Shown here: positions 16,722-35,384 of the stretch, in pieces
How the letters are laid out: the number at the start of each line of letters is the position of its first letter
Numbering within the stretch: the first letter of the stretch is position 1
Assembly (NCBI GenBank): GCA_964016885.1
Contig: OZ024751.1
Coordinates: 5,146,001-5,210,000 of the forward strand
Source: Eledone cirrhosa
Taxonomy: Eukaryota
DNA length: 64,000 nt
Direction of reading: 5' to 3'
The notes under the pieces: generated by a model
What the model saw: only the letters and a program-made list of their open reading frames with translations
Database searches by the model: none
Told to the model about the DNA's origin: nothing
Program-made: the position numbers and the translations under genes

Positions 16722-16790
16722 TGTATTTTATCTGATGAAAGCGTACCAATGTTGTCTTGGTTGCCCTTGAAATATATATAATAAAATACA
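16722..16790 (+). ncRNA. Type I hammerhead ribozyme motif
   Basis: UGUAUUUUAU-CUGAUGA-AAG..CCAA uguuguc UUGG..CUU-GAAAU-AUAU-AUA-AUAAAAUACA. Perfect 10 bp stem I; predicted cut after 16780. Confidence 0.85.
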
Positions 16791-16922
16791 TATGCTTTTA
16801 TAAATATAGTTTTCATTTATTTAATATCATTGAATATTTACTCCAGTAACCGGTTGAGTGCTCTAAATCAGTTATAAACATTTAAGTTTGTCGGATTTCC
16901 AACAAATTAAATACAACTTCTA

Positions 16923-16985
<63 letters not shown>

Positions 16986-16999
16986 AGAAACACACATCC

Positions 17000-17043
<44 letters not shown>

Positions 17044-17052
17044 ATATATGTA

Positions 17053-17715
17053 TATATAGTGTATTTTGCATTACACTTTATGCTTAATTAAAAGCATTTC
17101 GAAGACAATATGATATTGTTTTAGAGTAGTGACAGACTCACTTGCTTTAATTTCAGCAAACAGGGGAGATAAAGCTGACAGGGCCTTGTTTCTGCATTTA
17201 TTGATGCTTATCAAAGCCAACTACTCCTCTCGTTTGCTGAAATCACGGATGTTTGGTTCTTATAGAATTCTAGTAAATAATCAGGAACTGATTATACAGA
17301 GCGGTTGCCGGTCAAGCAGAAATTGAAAATTAGAATTGGTGCTCTGAAATAGCTATATATATATGAAGTTATATATAGTGTATTTTGCAATACACTTTAT
17401 GCTTAATTAAAAGCATTTCGAAGACCTTATGCTATTGTTTTAGAGTAGTGACAGATTCACTTACTTTAATTTCACACATCCGTGATTTCAGCAGACGGGA
17501 GGAGTAGTTGGCTTTGATAAGCATCAATAAATGCAGAAACAAGGCCTTGTCAGCTTTATCTCCCCCTGTTTGCTGAAATTAAAGTAAGTGCGTCTGTCAC
17601 TACACTAAAACAATAGCATAAGGTCTTCGAAATGCTTTTAATTAAGCATAAATTGTATTGCAAAATACACTATATATACATTTATATATATATGGCTATT
17701 TCAGAGCAGCACCAA

Positions 17716-17722
<7 letters not shown>
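17053..17722. mobile_element. Family D: unit, partial tandem copy, then an inverted copy
   Basis: Homologous to 4181-4593; the strand switches at ~17474. Confidence 0.8.
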
Positions 17723-17770
<48 letters not shown>

Positions 17771-17801
17771 TATATATATAATATATATATATATATAATA
17801 T

Positions 17802-17848
<47 letters not shown>

Positions 17849-17973
17849 TATATATATTATATATATGTGTGAATGAAGTAATTCCATCGGAAAAGTCCAG
17901 GAAAAAAGAGTGCTCTATGTAGGCAACAGAGCTTAATTATTATTATTATGTAATAAACAACATAAGGCAATTA

Positions 17974-18033
17974 TTCCATTTACCAGTGGTTTCTTAAAAG
18001 CAAAAGGTTTTGCTTTCAATCCTCAGAACGAAA
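17974..18033 (-). ncRNA. Type I hammerhead ribozyme motif (mirror of 22194-22253)
   Basis: Reverse complement of the plus-strand copy. Confidence 0.85.
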
Positions 18034-18337
18034 AAATCCTGGTTTGTTTATTGAATTTGGACTACAAAAACAAAAATGCAATCTATATGAAAGTGAGGCT
18101 GGAGAAGGGAGAAGGAAAGGAAAAATAAAACAAAATAAAACTACACATGCAAACACACACACAAAAAAACCCCAAAGCATACTTACACACACATACATAT
18201 ATACATATATATATGTACGCATACATATATACATATACACATATATATAAAACGTACACTTACATACACATACACATATATACACACATATACACATACA
18301 TACATTGATACATATACACACACGCACACACGCACAT

Positions 18338-18370
<33 letters not shown>

Positions 18371-18876
18371 CACACGCATACACGCACACATATATATATG
18401 TACATATATATATATATATATATACATACATATATACATATACACACATACACATACACATACATACACATGTGTGTGTACAAGCATACAGATACACAAA
18501 CATAGCCATACGCACACACATATATATATACACACATACATACATTCACACAAACATACAAAAAGTACATACATACACATACATGAATGCACTCCTCTAC
18601 ATATTCACACACGCAAATAAATATAAGAAAAAAAAATATATATATATATTATTAAACATTTTTGACACCGATACATGACCCAGCTAACAGGACAGACACG
18701 CGTGGTAAGTAATACACACAAAAGCACGTATACATACGTACGAAATAGTAAACACATACACACACTCTCATACATAAATATACATAAACAAATACAAAAA
18801 CACATACATACACATACATACACAAACACGCACACGTATACAATATAAACACACACACATGTATATGTAATTATAT

Positions 18877-18971
<95 letters not shown>

Positions 18972-18977
18972 TGTGTG

Positions 18978-19010
<33 letters not shown>

Positions 19011-19044
19011 ATATAATTACATATACATGTATATGTAATTATAT

Positions 19045-19159
<115 letters not shown>

Positions 19160-19190
19160 CATATATATACAAAAATATAAAAATATAAAC

Positions 19191-19222
<32 letters not shown>

Positions 19223-19389
19223 GTAAACACACATATACATACATAGCTAAACAATTATACACATGCAAATACGTATATATCAAAAACACGCACAACCAAA
19301 TACAAATACACACACACACACACACACACACAAAACCACACACATACATAAAAAAAAAAAAAAAAATAAATACACACACACACATATAC

Positions 19390-19462
<73 letters not shown>

Positions 19463-19612
19463 TACACATACACGTACATATACACATATGCATACACATA
19501 CACACACACATATACATGTGTGTATGTGTAAAACTCAGTATTAGAAAAGACAAATGAACCTTACATAAACGTATATATAGTAGTAAAGTAATAAAGCAAC
19601 ATAAGGCAATTA

Positions 19613-19672
19613 TTCCATTCACCAGAGGTTTCTTAAAAGCAAAAAATGTTTCCTTCAATCTTCAGAATGAAA
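19613..19672 (-). ncRNA. Hammerhead motif with GUG triplet (mirror of 20777-20836), probably inactive
   Basis: Reverse complement of the plus-strand copy. Confidence 0.7.
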
Positions 19673-20039
19673 AAAATGAAAAAAACCTGGTTTATCCACA
19701 TATACATACATATACACACACAAATATACATATATATACACATACACACACACACACATACATATATATATATACACACATATATATACATACATATATA
19801 CATATATATATATATACATACATATATATATACACACAAAAATACATACACATATACATAGGTATGTGAAGGGCAAAACAAAAAGAATATATGGGGGGGG
19901 GGGCTAAGAGGAGGTAAAATATAAGGGGAGGTAAGGGAGAAAAATTTTTTTTGTAAATATACAGAAGTACAGAAGGTAGAATCAGCAAAACAAAAGCCGT
20001 AGCAGAAGTAAAGAGCAGAGAAGGAGTTCAAGGCGGTTG

Positions 20040-20296
20040 ATTTATCATAGGAGTGTCAATCCAGTTACAGATCAGATGCGATTTCAGATGAGGACAGCAT
20101 CTAAAGATCTCAGTCTTTGAGTTAAGACAAGCGGAACGAACATCAACGGCCCTCGCAAGTAAGGTATGGGATCTCAAGGATAGTAATATCCCGTACTCTA
20201 TTGATTGGTCTATATTAGACCATTCGAAGGAGTACCAAAGGGGCACAAAGAATTGTTCTTTGTGCACCACAGAAAAGTATAGGATTTTGCTAAACT
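20040..20296 (+). pseudogene. C-terminal GIY-YIG fragment of a PLE in the fold-back spacer
   Basis: Manual translation STALASKVWDLKDSNIPYSIDWSILDHSKEYQRGTKNCSLCTTEKYRILLN parallels STSLANYITSLKD..W.I..CDLC..E in ORF 6341-7339. Confidence 0.75.
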
Positions 20297-20639
20297 TGAG
20301 AGCCGCTTCCGCTTGCCTTAACTCAAAGACTGAGATCTTTAGATGCTGTCCTCATCTGAAATCGCATCTGATCTGTAACTGGATTGACACTCCTATGATA
20401 AATCAACCGCCTTGAACTCCTTCTCTGCTCTTTACTTCTGCTACGGTTTTTGTTTTGCTGATTCTACCTTCTGTACTTCTGTATATTTACAAAAACATTT
20501 TTTCTCCCTTACCTCCCCTTATATTTTACCTCCTCTTAGCCCCCCCCCCATATATTCTTTTTGTTTTGCCCTTCACATACCTATGTGTATGTGTATGTAT
20601 TTTTGTGTGTATATATATATGTATGTATATATATATATG

Positions 20640-20702
<63 letters not shown>

Positions 20703-20776
20703 GTATGTGTATATATATGTATATTTGTGTGTGTATATGTATGTATATGTGGATAAACCAGGTTTTTTTCATTTTT

Positions 20777-20836
20777 TTTCATTCTGAAGATTGAAGGAAA
20801 CATTTTTTGCTTTTAAGAAACCTCTGGTGAATGGAA
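20777..20836 (+). ncRNA. Hammerhead motif with GUG triplet, probably inactive
   Basis: UUUCAUU-CUGAAGA-UUGAAGG..CUUUUAA-GAAACC-UCU-GGUG-AAUGGAA. Confidence 0.7.
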
Positions 20837-20983
20837 TAATTGCCTTATGTTGCTTTATTACTTTACTACTATATATACGTTTATGTAAGGTTCATTTGTC
20901 TTTTCTAATACTGAGTTTTACACATACACACATGTATATGTGTGTGTGTATGTGTATGCATATGTGTATATGTACGTGTACGT

Positions 20984-21057
<74 letters not shown>

Positions 21058-21270
21058 ATGTGTGTGTGTGTATTTATTATTATTATTTTTTTTTATGTAT
21101 GTGTGTCTGTGGTTTTGTGTGTGTGTGTGTGTATTTGTATTTGGTTGTGCGTGTTTTTGATATATACGTATTTGCATGTGTATAATTGTTTAGCTATGTA
21201 TGTATATGTGTGTTTACGTATATGTGTGTGTGTGTGTGCGTTTATATTTTTATATTTTTGTATATATATG

Positions 21271-21353
<83 letters not shown>

Positions 21354-21852
21354 ATATAATTACATATACATGTGTGTGTGTTTATATTGTATACGTGTGC
21401 GTGTTTGTGTATGTATGTGTATGTACGTGTTTTTGTATTTGTTTATGTATATTTATGTATGAGAGTGTGTGTATGTGTTTACTATTTCGTACGTATGTAT
21501 ACGTGCTTTTGTGTGTATTACTTACCACGCGTGTCTGTCCTGTTAGCTGGGTCATGTATCGGTGTCAAAAATGTTTAATATATATATATATATTTTTTTT
21601 TCTTATATTTATTTGCGTGTGTGAATATGTAGAGGAGTGCATTAATGTATGTGTATGTATGTACTTTTTGTATGTTTGTGTGAATGTATGTATGTGTGTA
21701 TATATATGTGTGTGCGTATGGCTATGTTTGTGTATGTGTATGCTTGTACACACACATGTGTATGTGTGTGTATGTGTATGTGTGTATATGTATATATGTA
21801 TGTATATATATATATATATGTACATATATATATGTGTGCGTGTATGCGTGTG

Positions 21853-21887
<35 letters not shown>

Positions 21888-22193
21888 GTATGTGCGTGTG
21901 TGCGTGTGTGTATATGTATCAATGTATGTATGTGTATATGTGTGTATATATGTGTATGTGTATGTAAGTGTACGTTTGATATATATGTGTATATGTATAT
22001 ATGTATGCGTACATATATATATGTATATATGTATGTGTGTGTAAGTATGCTTTGGGGTTTTTTTGTGTGTGTGTTTGCATGTGTAGTTTTATTTTGTTTT
22101 ATTTTTCCTTTCCTTCTCCCTTCTCCAGCCTCACTTTCATATAGATTGCATTTTTGTTTTTGTAGTCCAAATTCAATAAACAAACCAGGATTT

Positions 22194-22253
22194 TTTCGTT
22201 CTGAGGATTGAAAGCAAAACCTTTTGCTTTTAAGAAACCACTGGTAAATGGAA
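22194..22253 (+). ncRNA. Type I hammerhead ribozyme motif
   Basis: UUUCGUU-CUGAGGA-UUGAAAGCAAA accu UUUGCUUUUAA-GAAACC-ACU-GGUA-AAUGGAA. Stem I 7 bp, stem II 11 bp; predicted cut after 22246. Confidence 0.85.
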
Positions 22254-22352
22254 TAATTGCCTTATGTTGTTTATTACATAATAATAATATATTATATATA
22301 TATATATATATAATATATATATATATATAATATATATATATATATAACATAT

Positions 22353-22476
<124 letters not shown>

Positions 22477-22480
22477 CATG

Positions 22481-22588
<108 letters not shown>

Positions 22589-23004
22589 TATATACATATA
22601 TATATATAAGATCACGCCACCTAGCTTTGACTTTGGAGGCAGTCGATTAACTGCCCTTAGTTCTGACGTCACGTTCTTTTTCAACTTTGTGTGTTGATGT
22701 GAGCAGACGCATTTCACTGTGGCTAAAACAGCGATATCACACCATGCGGTGACAGGATATTTGAACACCGCCATGAAATGATAATTACGAATTACCAATC
22801 AAGGAGCAACTCATATGATAACCTGTTTTGTTTATTGCTCTGAGTAAAATGCTCATTACATATAATGTCGAGGTATGTTATTTTTGACTAATTGTTTACC
22901 GCACCTAACAACATATACAACAGATGTCAAGCAGCCAAGCTAGGGAAACGAACTCCCCTCTAAATCTTAAAACAACGCAGCCTTCTAAAATGGTGACCAT
23001 CTCT

Positions 23005-26588
<3,584 letters not shown>

Positions 26589-26616
26589 TATATATATATA
26601 TAAACAGAAACACACA

Positions 26617-29068
<2,452 letters not shown>

Positions 29069-29127
29069 TTTCGTTTCTGAATTTGTTTAGCAAGATTCTT
29101 TATCTGAAAACGTGTGTTGAAACCGAA

Positions 29128-29325
29128 ATTGTTATGCTTTGGGAGGGTCATGTTGCCAATAAGAAACGCATGCACCAGTTGCTTTCACCCCAATTTATTA
29201 TAAATTAAATTTATAAATTTAAGAATTTATAAATTCTTAAATTTATAAATTTAATTTATAATAAATTGGAGTGAAAGGAACTGTTGCGTGTGTTTCATAT
29301 TGGCAACATGACCCTCCCAAAGCAT

Positions 29326-29331
<6 letters not shown>
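29128..29331. repeat. Family C ~200 bp near-perfect palindrome
   Basis: ATTGTTATGCTTTGGGAGGG..AAGAATTTATAAATTCTT..CCCTCCCAAAGCATAACAAT. Confidence 0.9.
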
Positions 29332-29363
<32 letters not shown>

Positions 29364-29485
29364 TAAAATAACAGATTAAAGTTTAAAACTTTAATCTGTT
29401 ATTTTAATATATATTTGCTCTACGGTTCTTATATATTTGATATATATTTATCCTTATCGAGCCCTCTTAGGATTTTAGTCTTCAA

Positions 29486-29532
<47 letters not shown>

Positions 29533-29607
29533 CATAAATGCATACATACATACATAAATACATATATACATGGATATATATTTACACACACACACACATA
29601 TATATAT

Positions 29608-31990
29608 AAGGAAAAGAAATCGAAAATGTTACTGGTCTTTTTAAGAATATTTATTCATTTACTTTACCAGTTTCAGAGTTTTTATGCTTTTCAAAAGTAA
29701 AATTGAGTTGGAGGGTTTATGGTTTGTTTCGCATCTGGTTCTTGTTTGAAAGTTCTTTTTGTTTTATGCGGGAAGAGTGGCTTGGATTGGTGTTTTTTTT
29801 ATTGTAATTTGATTGGTTGTTGATTGTTACCTGAGTAAGTACAATAAATTTCGCGCTAGTTCGTGTTCCAAAGTTCTTATTTTATTTGCTTTAAAAAGTG
29901 TGGCTCAAATTGTTTTTTAAAAATGTAATTTGGTTGGTTGATGACTGTCACGTGAATAAGTACATCAAATTTAGCGTCAATTCGTGTTCGAAGGTTCATG
30001 ACAGTCACATGATTGGTCATGTAATATAGGTGCCAGAAAAGGATGGTTTATCATAGAAAGTTTTGTGCCAAACAAAAGATAATGGTCAAGAAATGGGAGG
30101 GGGAGAAATAGTTCTCGTTCAGTGAGTATGTGCTGAGGTGTCAAAATTCAGGCTCTCTATCGAACTAAATTGAATGTTTGTATCGATAGTGGTGGTGGCG
30201 GCTATGGTGGTGGCAGGGTAGAAAAGAGAAATATTTGTGTGCATGTGTGTATCTAGCAAAGCGGTTTATCGTTTTGATAATAGAAATAAAATTGATTCCA
30301 TTAGTAGAAATGGAGAAGGGTGTTAAGTGTGTGCATATGTGTGTGGTGGTGGGGGTATGGATAGCATGTTAAGGTGCTAAAGTATTAACGTACGTTAAAG
30401 TGTATTTAGCTCTGGTCTTTTATTTTCGAATATAGCGAAGGGTGTTATATGCGTGCGTGTGTGTATGTGTGTGTATGTGTGTGTATGTGTCTGTGTGAAT
30501 TGTTAGCATGTTATGGTGTTAACATATTAACGTATATTAAACTATAATTAATGCTGGTCTGTATTTTTGAATAAACATATTTTCTTTATTTATTTGTATT
30601 TGCTCTGTTGTATTGTCAGTGCAAAGATAAAGTGGGAAGACTTGGAATTTGGCACATATGTCTAGATCTCCACTGAGTGGTATCTCTCTTGTGGTAGAGT
30701 CTCGTAATTGTTGGCAATGAATTGTCATTCTGTTTTTGAGGATGAGTTTAGTTTGCCCTATATAATCTTCATTACAACCTTTACATTTAATGGCATAAAA
30801 TGAATTTTTTGATGTGCAAGTGAAATTATTTTTTACAACATAATTTTGTCCTGATTGAAATGTATACATGATGCCTTCAATGAGGTGAGTGCAATCCCGC
30901 AATTAGAGCTACCACATTTAGTGGGAGTTGGTTTTGGGTTTGTGGTGGGTAATTTGGCATTGGCGAGTAATGTTTTTAGTGATTTAGGTTGTTTTTGATT
31001 TTGATTATTCATTTAGTTGGTTGAATGTGTGAGACCATAGAATGAGGCAATCACCCAAGTAGCGTTTCCAATTCTCTGATAAATATTTGTGGAAGTTCAA
31101 GTCGTATTTTAATTTGGAATGTTAATATATCTGGAATTCCAAGTATGCCATGACTAAGTTAGCGTAAGTTGGATTGACTTCTGTACCCATCGCAGTTCCC
31201 GATATTTGTTTGTAAGTGTTGCCATCGAAATGAAAAAATGTTGTTTTGTAAAATGAATTTTTCTATTGTTTCCGGGATCTCATTGGAGTATTTTTCTAGC
31301 CAGAATCCTATGGGTATGTGTTTGAGAATTGGTTTTAGTAGTATGTCTATAAAGTTACTCAGTTTATGTGTTTCTATAATTGGTCTTAATTTAAGGTCAG
31401 TGAGGTGTTGTATGTTTATGCAGACTGAGGTGTATTCTTTACAGGCATCGTTAATTATTTTACACTTGTGGATCTTCGGAAGTCCATAACGGTTGCTGGT
31501 CTAGTATTCAAAATGTGTTAAATAATCGCGTATATTTTTTGCTAAGCCTTTCTGGTATTGACAAATGAATGCGTTTAATCTGGTCATCGTTTTTTATTGC
31601 TGGTAGTTGTTTACTCTTTCATAGTAGTTAGTGACTTGTAACAGAGAGAGGATATAGGGTTTATATAATGTTCAGCATCCATAATGACGACAGGACTTCC
31701 CTTATCCGCTTCCTACATTATAATGCCAGTATTGTTTTTTGATTTATGGATAATTCCCCATTCCCTTCGACTCGTTTTGGGTTTACGTTTAGGTTGTGGG
31801 AGTTCATGGTGTGGAACAGTTGCTATGTGGTCACACAATTTGTCCAGAACTCTGTTCCTGCCCTTTGTTGGGTCGTAGCTGTTTATATTCCCTACAACTA
31901 TTTCATCGCTATTCTCCTTGTCAAAGAGTTTCTCTGTTAGACGTAATTTTCTACAGAAGTGTGAATCATCGTCGTTTATCTAACTGAGGT
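29608..31990 (-). mobile_element. Penelope-like element (Neptune-type), heavily decayed
   Basis: GIY-YIG ORF 30537-30902 (FTCTSKN..YAIKCKGCNEDYIGQT). RT remnants DKGSPVVIM, YGLPKIHK and GTAMGT on the minus strand. HHR at 29658-29701. Confidence 0.82.
29658..29701 (-). ncRNA. Hammerhead ribozyme motif, U3/A8 variant
   Basis: UUUACUU-UUGAAAA-gcauaaaaacucu-GAAAC-UG-GUA-AAGUAAA. Perfect 7 bp stem I; stem II is decayed. Confidence 0.65.
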
Positions 31991-32040
31991 TAGAGTATTG
32001 TGCTGTTGGTGTGAATTTCAGTCCTTTTGAGAGAAACAAT

Positions 32041-32078
<38 letters not shown>

Positions 32079-32718
32079 AATATAGACATACTGATAAATA
32101 TATATATATATCTTCATGTATGTGTGTTTTACCTATTTGATTGTGTGTCTCAACACCCCTACACGCCCCATATATATATATATATTCACACAAAAAAAAT
32201 TAAGCGTATTAAATAACAGTGCGGAATAAAAAGAAAGTGAGCTTAGCAAACAAACAAAAAAACTCCCCCCAAAACAGCAGAAATAAAATACAAAAAAAAT
32301 AAATAATACCCCGCGAAAAGGATGAAAGTAGAAAAAAGCAGAAACCACGAGAACAATGACTAGCTTTAATTTCTAAAAACTTTGGTGCTACATCAGGTGT
32401 TAGCAGGAAATTGGCTCCTTCAATAGATTTTCTCCCAGAGAATCACGTCAAGTGAATGAGCGATAAAGTAATATTCATTTTCGTGTTGTTTTCCCCGTTT
32501 CTTCAACAACTATAAGAAATGACTTAGGCCTTTCCATGTTGTATGTCACGCAACATAGACTATCCTGACACGGTTATTTACACAGGAATCTTAACATTCA
32601 TCATATATATTTATCAAATCTCTCTCTCTCTATCGTTATATATATATATATATATATGTAGGTACATAGATATTTACACACTTACACACACCCTTTCCGC
32701 ACCATACATATATGTATG

Positions 32719-32793
<75 letters not shown>

Positions 32794-32920
32794 GTATATA
32801 TAAATATGTAAATATATACATATATACGAATTTATATATACGTATATATAAATATATACACACACATATATATATACGAATATATATATATATACGTATA
32901 TATATATATACACACACGAA

Positions 32921-32956
<36 letters not shown>

Positions 32957-32985
32957 CGTATACGTATGTATGTATGTATGAATAT

Positions 32986-33021
<36 letters not shown>

Positions 33022-33488
33022 GCATATACGCACACACGCACACAAACACACATATACACATACAAATTCATTTCTCTGTCTCTGTAGATCACATACGCGG
33101 AAACAAACATGCACACAAACACACATGAACACATGCCCACATGCACACATGCACACATGCCCACATGCACACATGCACACATGCCCACATGCACACATGC
33201 ACACATGCAATCTCGCGTTTGTTGTCCACAAAACTATTCTTCATGTTATTAAGGAAATCGCATCGGTTTTCTGTCTCACGGTAGCTAGTCCAAGAGAAAG
33301 ATGATAAATATATTCCATTACTTTCTCTTAATGGTAAAATCATTGGCATGAATCGAAGATATATATTTAAAACCCTATCATCAGTAAAAAGCATTCATTT
33401 CATCGTTGACAGCTGTACAACTTAATCTGATTCAAATTTCCTGCTTCTCCATGGAAATCTAACAGCCATCTTATTATTGCTACTGACT

Positions 33489-33492
<4 letters not shown>

Positions 33493-33567
<75 letters not shown>

Positions 33568-33901
33568 CTCCCCACACACCCCAATCCACCATCTCCACCA
33601 CCACCACAACCATCACCACCACCACCACCACCACCACCACCACCACCACCACCACCACCACCACCACCACCACCACCACCACCAAAGGAAGCTCGCTTAT
33701 GACAGTGTCTGTTCCTGCTTGTGCGCAATCCCAATGGCCACCTAAAACCGTTTAGAGTAAGAATGGTACGCGTTACCAAGTCATAGTCAATTGCAAGTGA
33801 CGGCCGTTGTATTTTGTCTTCTTCTTCTTCTTCTTCTTCTTCTTCTTCTTCTTCTTCTTCTTCTTCTTCTTCTTCTTCTTCTTCTTCTTCTTCTTCTTCT
33901 T
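33493..33901. repeat. (CTG)n, (CTA)n, (CCA)n and (CTT)n microsatellites
   Basis: Direct reading. Confidence 0.95.
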
Positions 33902-34085
33902 CCTGGAAAGGTTGAGGGCAGAGTCCTCAAACACTGCTCCAGCAGGTCCTGTCAAGAGTCTCCAACTGATCCGGCTGGATCCCCAAGTGAGAACAGCCAA
34001 GCTGATGGATGTTATCCAACCACCTGTCTCCAACTGATCCGGCCGTGTCCCCAAGCGAGACCAGCCAGTGTCAGAGATATTACTT
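33902..34085 (-). mobile_element. Possible 3' fragment of an RTE-like LINE with a (GAA)n tail
   Basis: Minus-strand RWLDNIHQL..DRTCW resembles an RTE ORF C-terminus and abuts (GAA)n. Confidence 0.4.
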
Positions 34086-34389
34086 AGCCCTATTTCTTCC
34101 GTGTCTTAAGGTTTTCATTTCAAATCACATTCAAGTCCCTTCTTATTTCTCATTGTTCTTTCTTAGTATTTTTGTTGTCTTTTATGTATTAATTGTTCTC
34201 TCATCTTTTATTCCTGCTGGTCAACAGAGAACACTATTATCGCTGAAGTTGTTATTGTAGTCACTGTTGTTATTGTTGGTGTTGTTATTGCTGTTATTAT
34301 TTTTGTTATTGATGTTATTGTTGTTGTTATTGTTATTATAGTATTTGTTGTTGTTATAGTTATTTCTATTAATGTTATTGTTGTAATCG

Positions 34390-34466
<77 letters not shown>

Positions 34467-34757
34467 GGAGGCCGACTCTGAGTATATATCTGTAAACTAA
34501 AGGTGGAAAACTGGGAGAGGGCACTTGCCTTGGTGGTCAGGGTCATTGTGGCTTTTTACTGGGCTTTCTCCACAAATGTCCCTCCGAAGTCTCCCCCCTA
34601 TTGGGGAATTTTTCATTGTTATTTTCATTGTTATTTTTGTTACATCCTCTGTTTTTGTTTTTTTACACGCAGAAATGCCCATTTGTACCGTCCTGCATTG
34701 TCCTGCACTGTCCTTAATGTCTACTTTATGTAAACCCTTGTGGTTAATAAAGAAATC
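34467..34757 (+). mobile_element. 5'-truncated Tx1/L1-type LINE 3' end inserted in (ATT)n
   Basis: Ends CCCTTGTGGTTAATAAAGAAATC, matching CCCTTGTGGCAAATAAAGAAATC at ~63025-63047. Confidence 0.55.
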
Positions 34758-34766
34758 ATTATTATT

Positions 34767-34954
34767 GGGCGGTCGATTGGCAGTATTGGTAGAGGGTCGG
34801 ACGCCATGCTTTGCAGCAAAGAGTTACGTCCCTTTGCGGTCTGAGTTCAAATCCCGCCGAGGTCAACTTTGCCTTTCATCCTTACGGGGTTGATAAAATA
34901 AAGCACCAGTTATACACTGGGATAATTGCTGGCTTTGTGCCAAATGTAGAAACA

Positions 34955-34955
<1 letters not shown>
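34767..34955 (+). mobile_element. tRNA-derived SINE with (ATT)n tail
   Basis: TGGCAGTATTGG A-box and GAGTTCAAATCC B-box; homologous to the 14415 copy. Confidence 0.8.
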
Positions 34956-35001
<46 letters not shown>

Positions 35002-35002
<1 letters not shown>

Positions 35003-35329
35003 GTTCTTTGAGTCTCAGTCATTGATGTTATTTAACTGGAAAGTTTGTTGCTACCTGCAGCCTCAGATATTCAGGACGTATCGGAGGGTTCTTGCTGTTC
35101 CCAGCAAGCATGCCTTTTGAAGTGTTCCAAAAAGCGGGGCTGGACTAATCTTGGAAACTATTTGAGGTAGTACCTAGCGCGCCTATGACAATCGGGACGA
35201 CTCTGATTTCATGGCAGTTCCAAATCCTTTTTACCTCCCACTTTAAGTCCTGGTATCGGTTAATTTTCTCCCTCTCCTTCTCTTGCACTCTCGTGTCGAA
35301 TGGGCAGGCCACATCCACAATCAGGCACC

Positions 35330-35330
<1 letters not shown>
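35002..35330 (-). mobile_element. R4/Dong-type LINE family A, short 3' fragment
   Basis: Near copy of 35385-35738 with small deletions; bounded by (TAA)n on both sides. Confidence 0.85.
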
Positions 35331-35378
<48 letters not shown>

Positions 35379-35384
35379 GCTATT

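Larger units (their letters stand above)
16441..17000. repeat. Fold-back (~250-290 bp arms, ~22 bp spacer) with one HHR in each arm
   Basis: TGGATGTGTTTCTG..TAGGTAGAAGTTG..CAAAGTTTGTTTT is mirrored by AAAACAAACTTTG..CAACTTCTACCTA..CAGAAACACACATCCA. Embedded in (TA)n. Confidence 0.93.

Noticed and set aside
29101-29132. CTGAAAAC-GTGT-GTTGAAACCG in family C as an HHR
   Set aside because: The core lacks G8/A9, and there is no NUH with a paired stem III and stem I.
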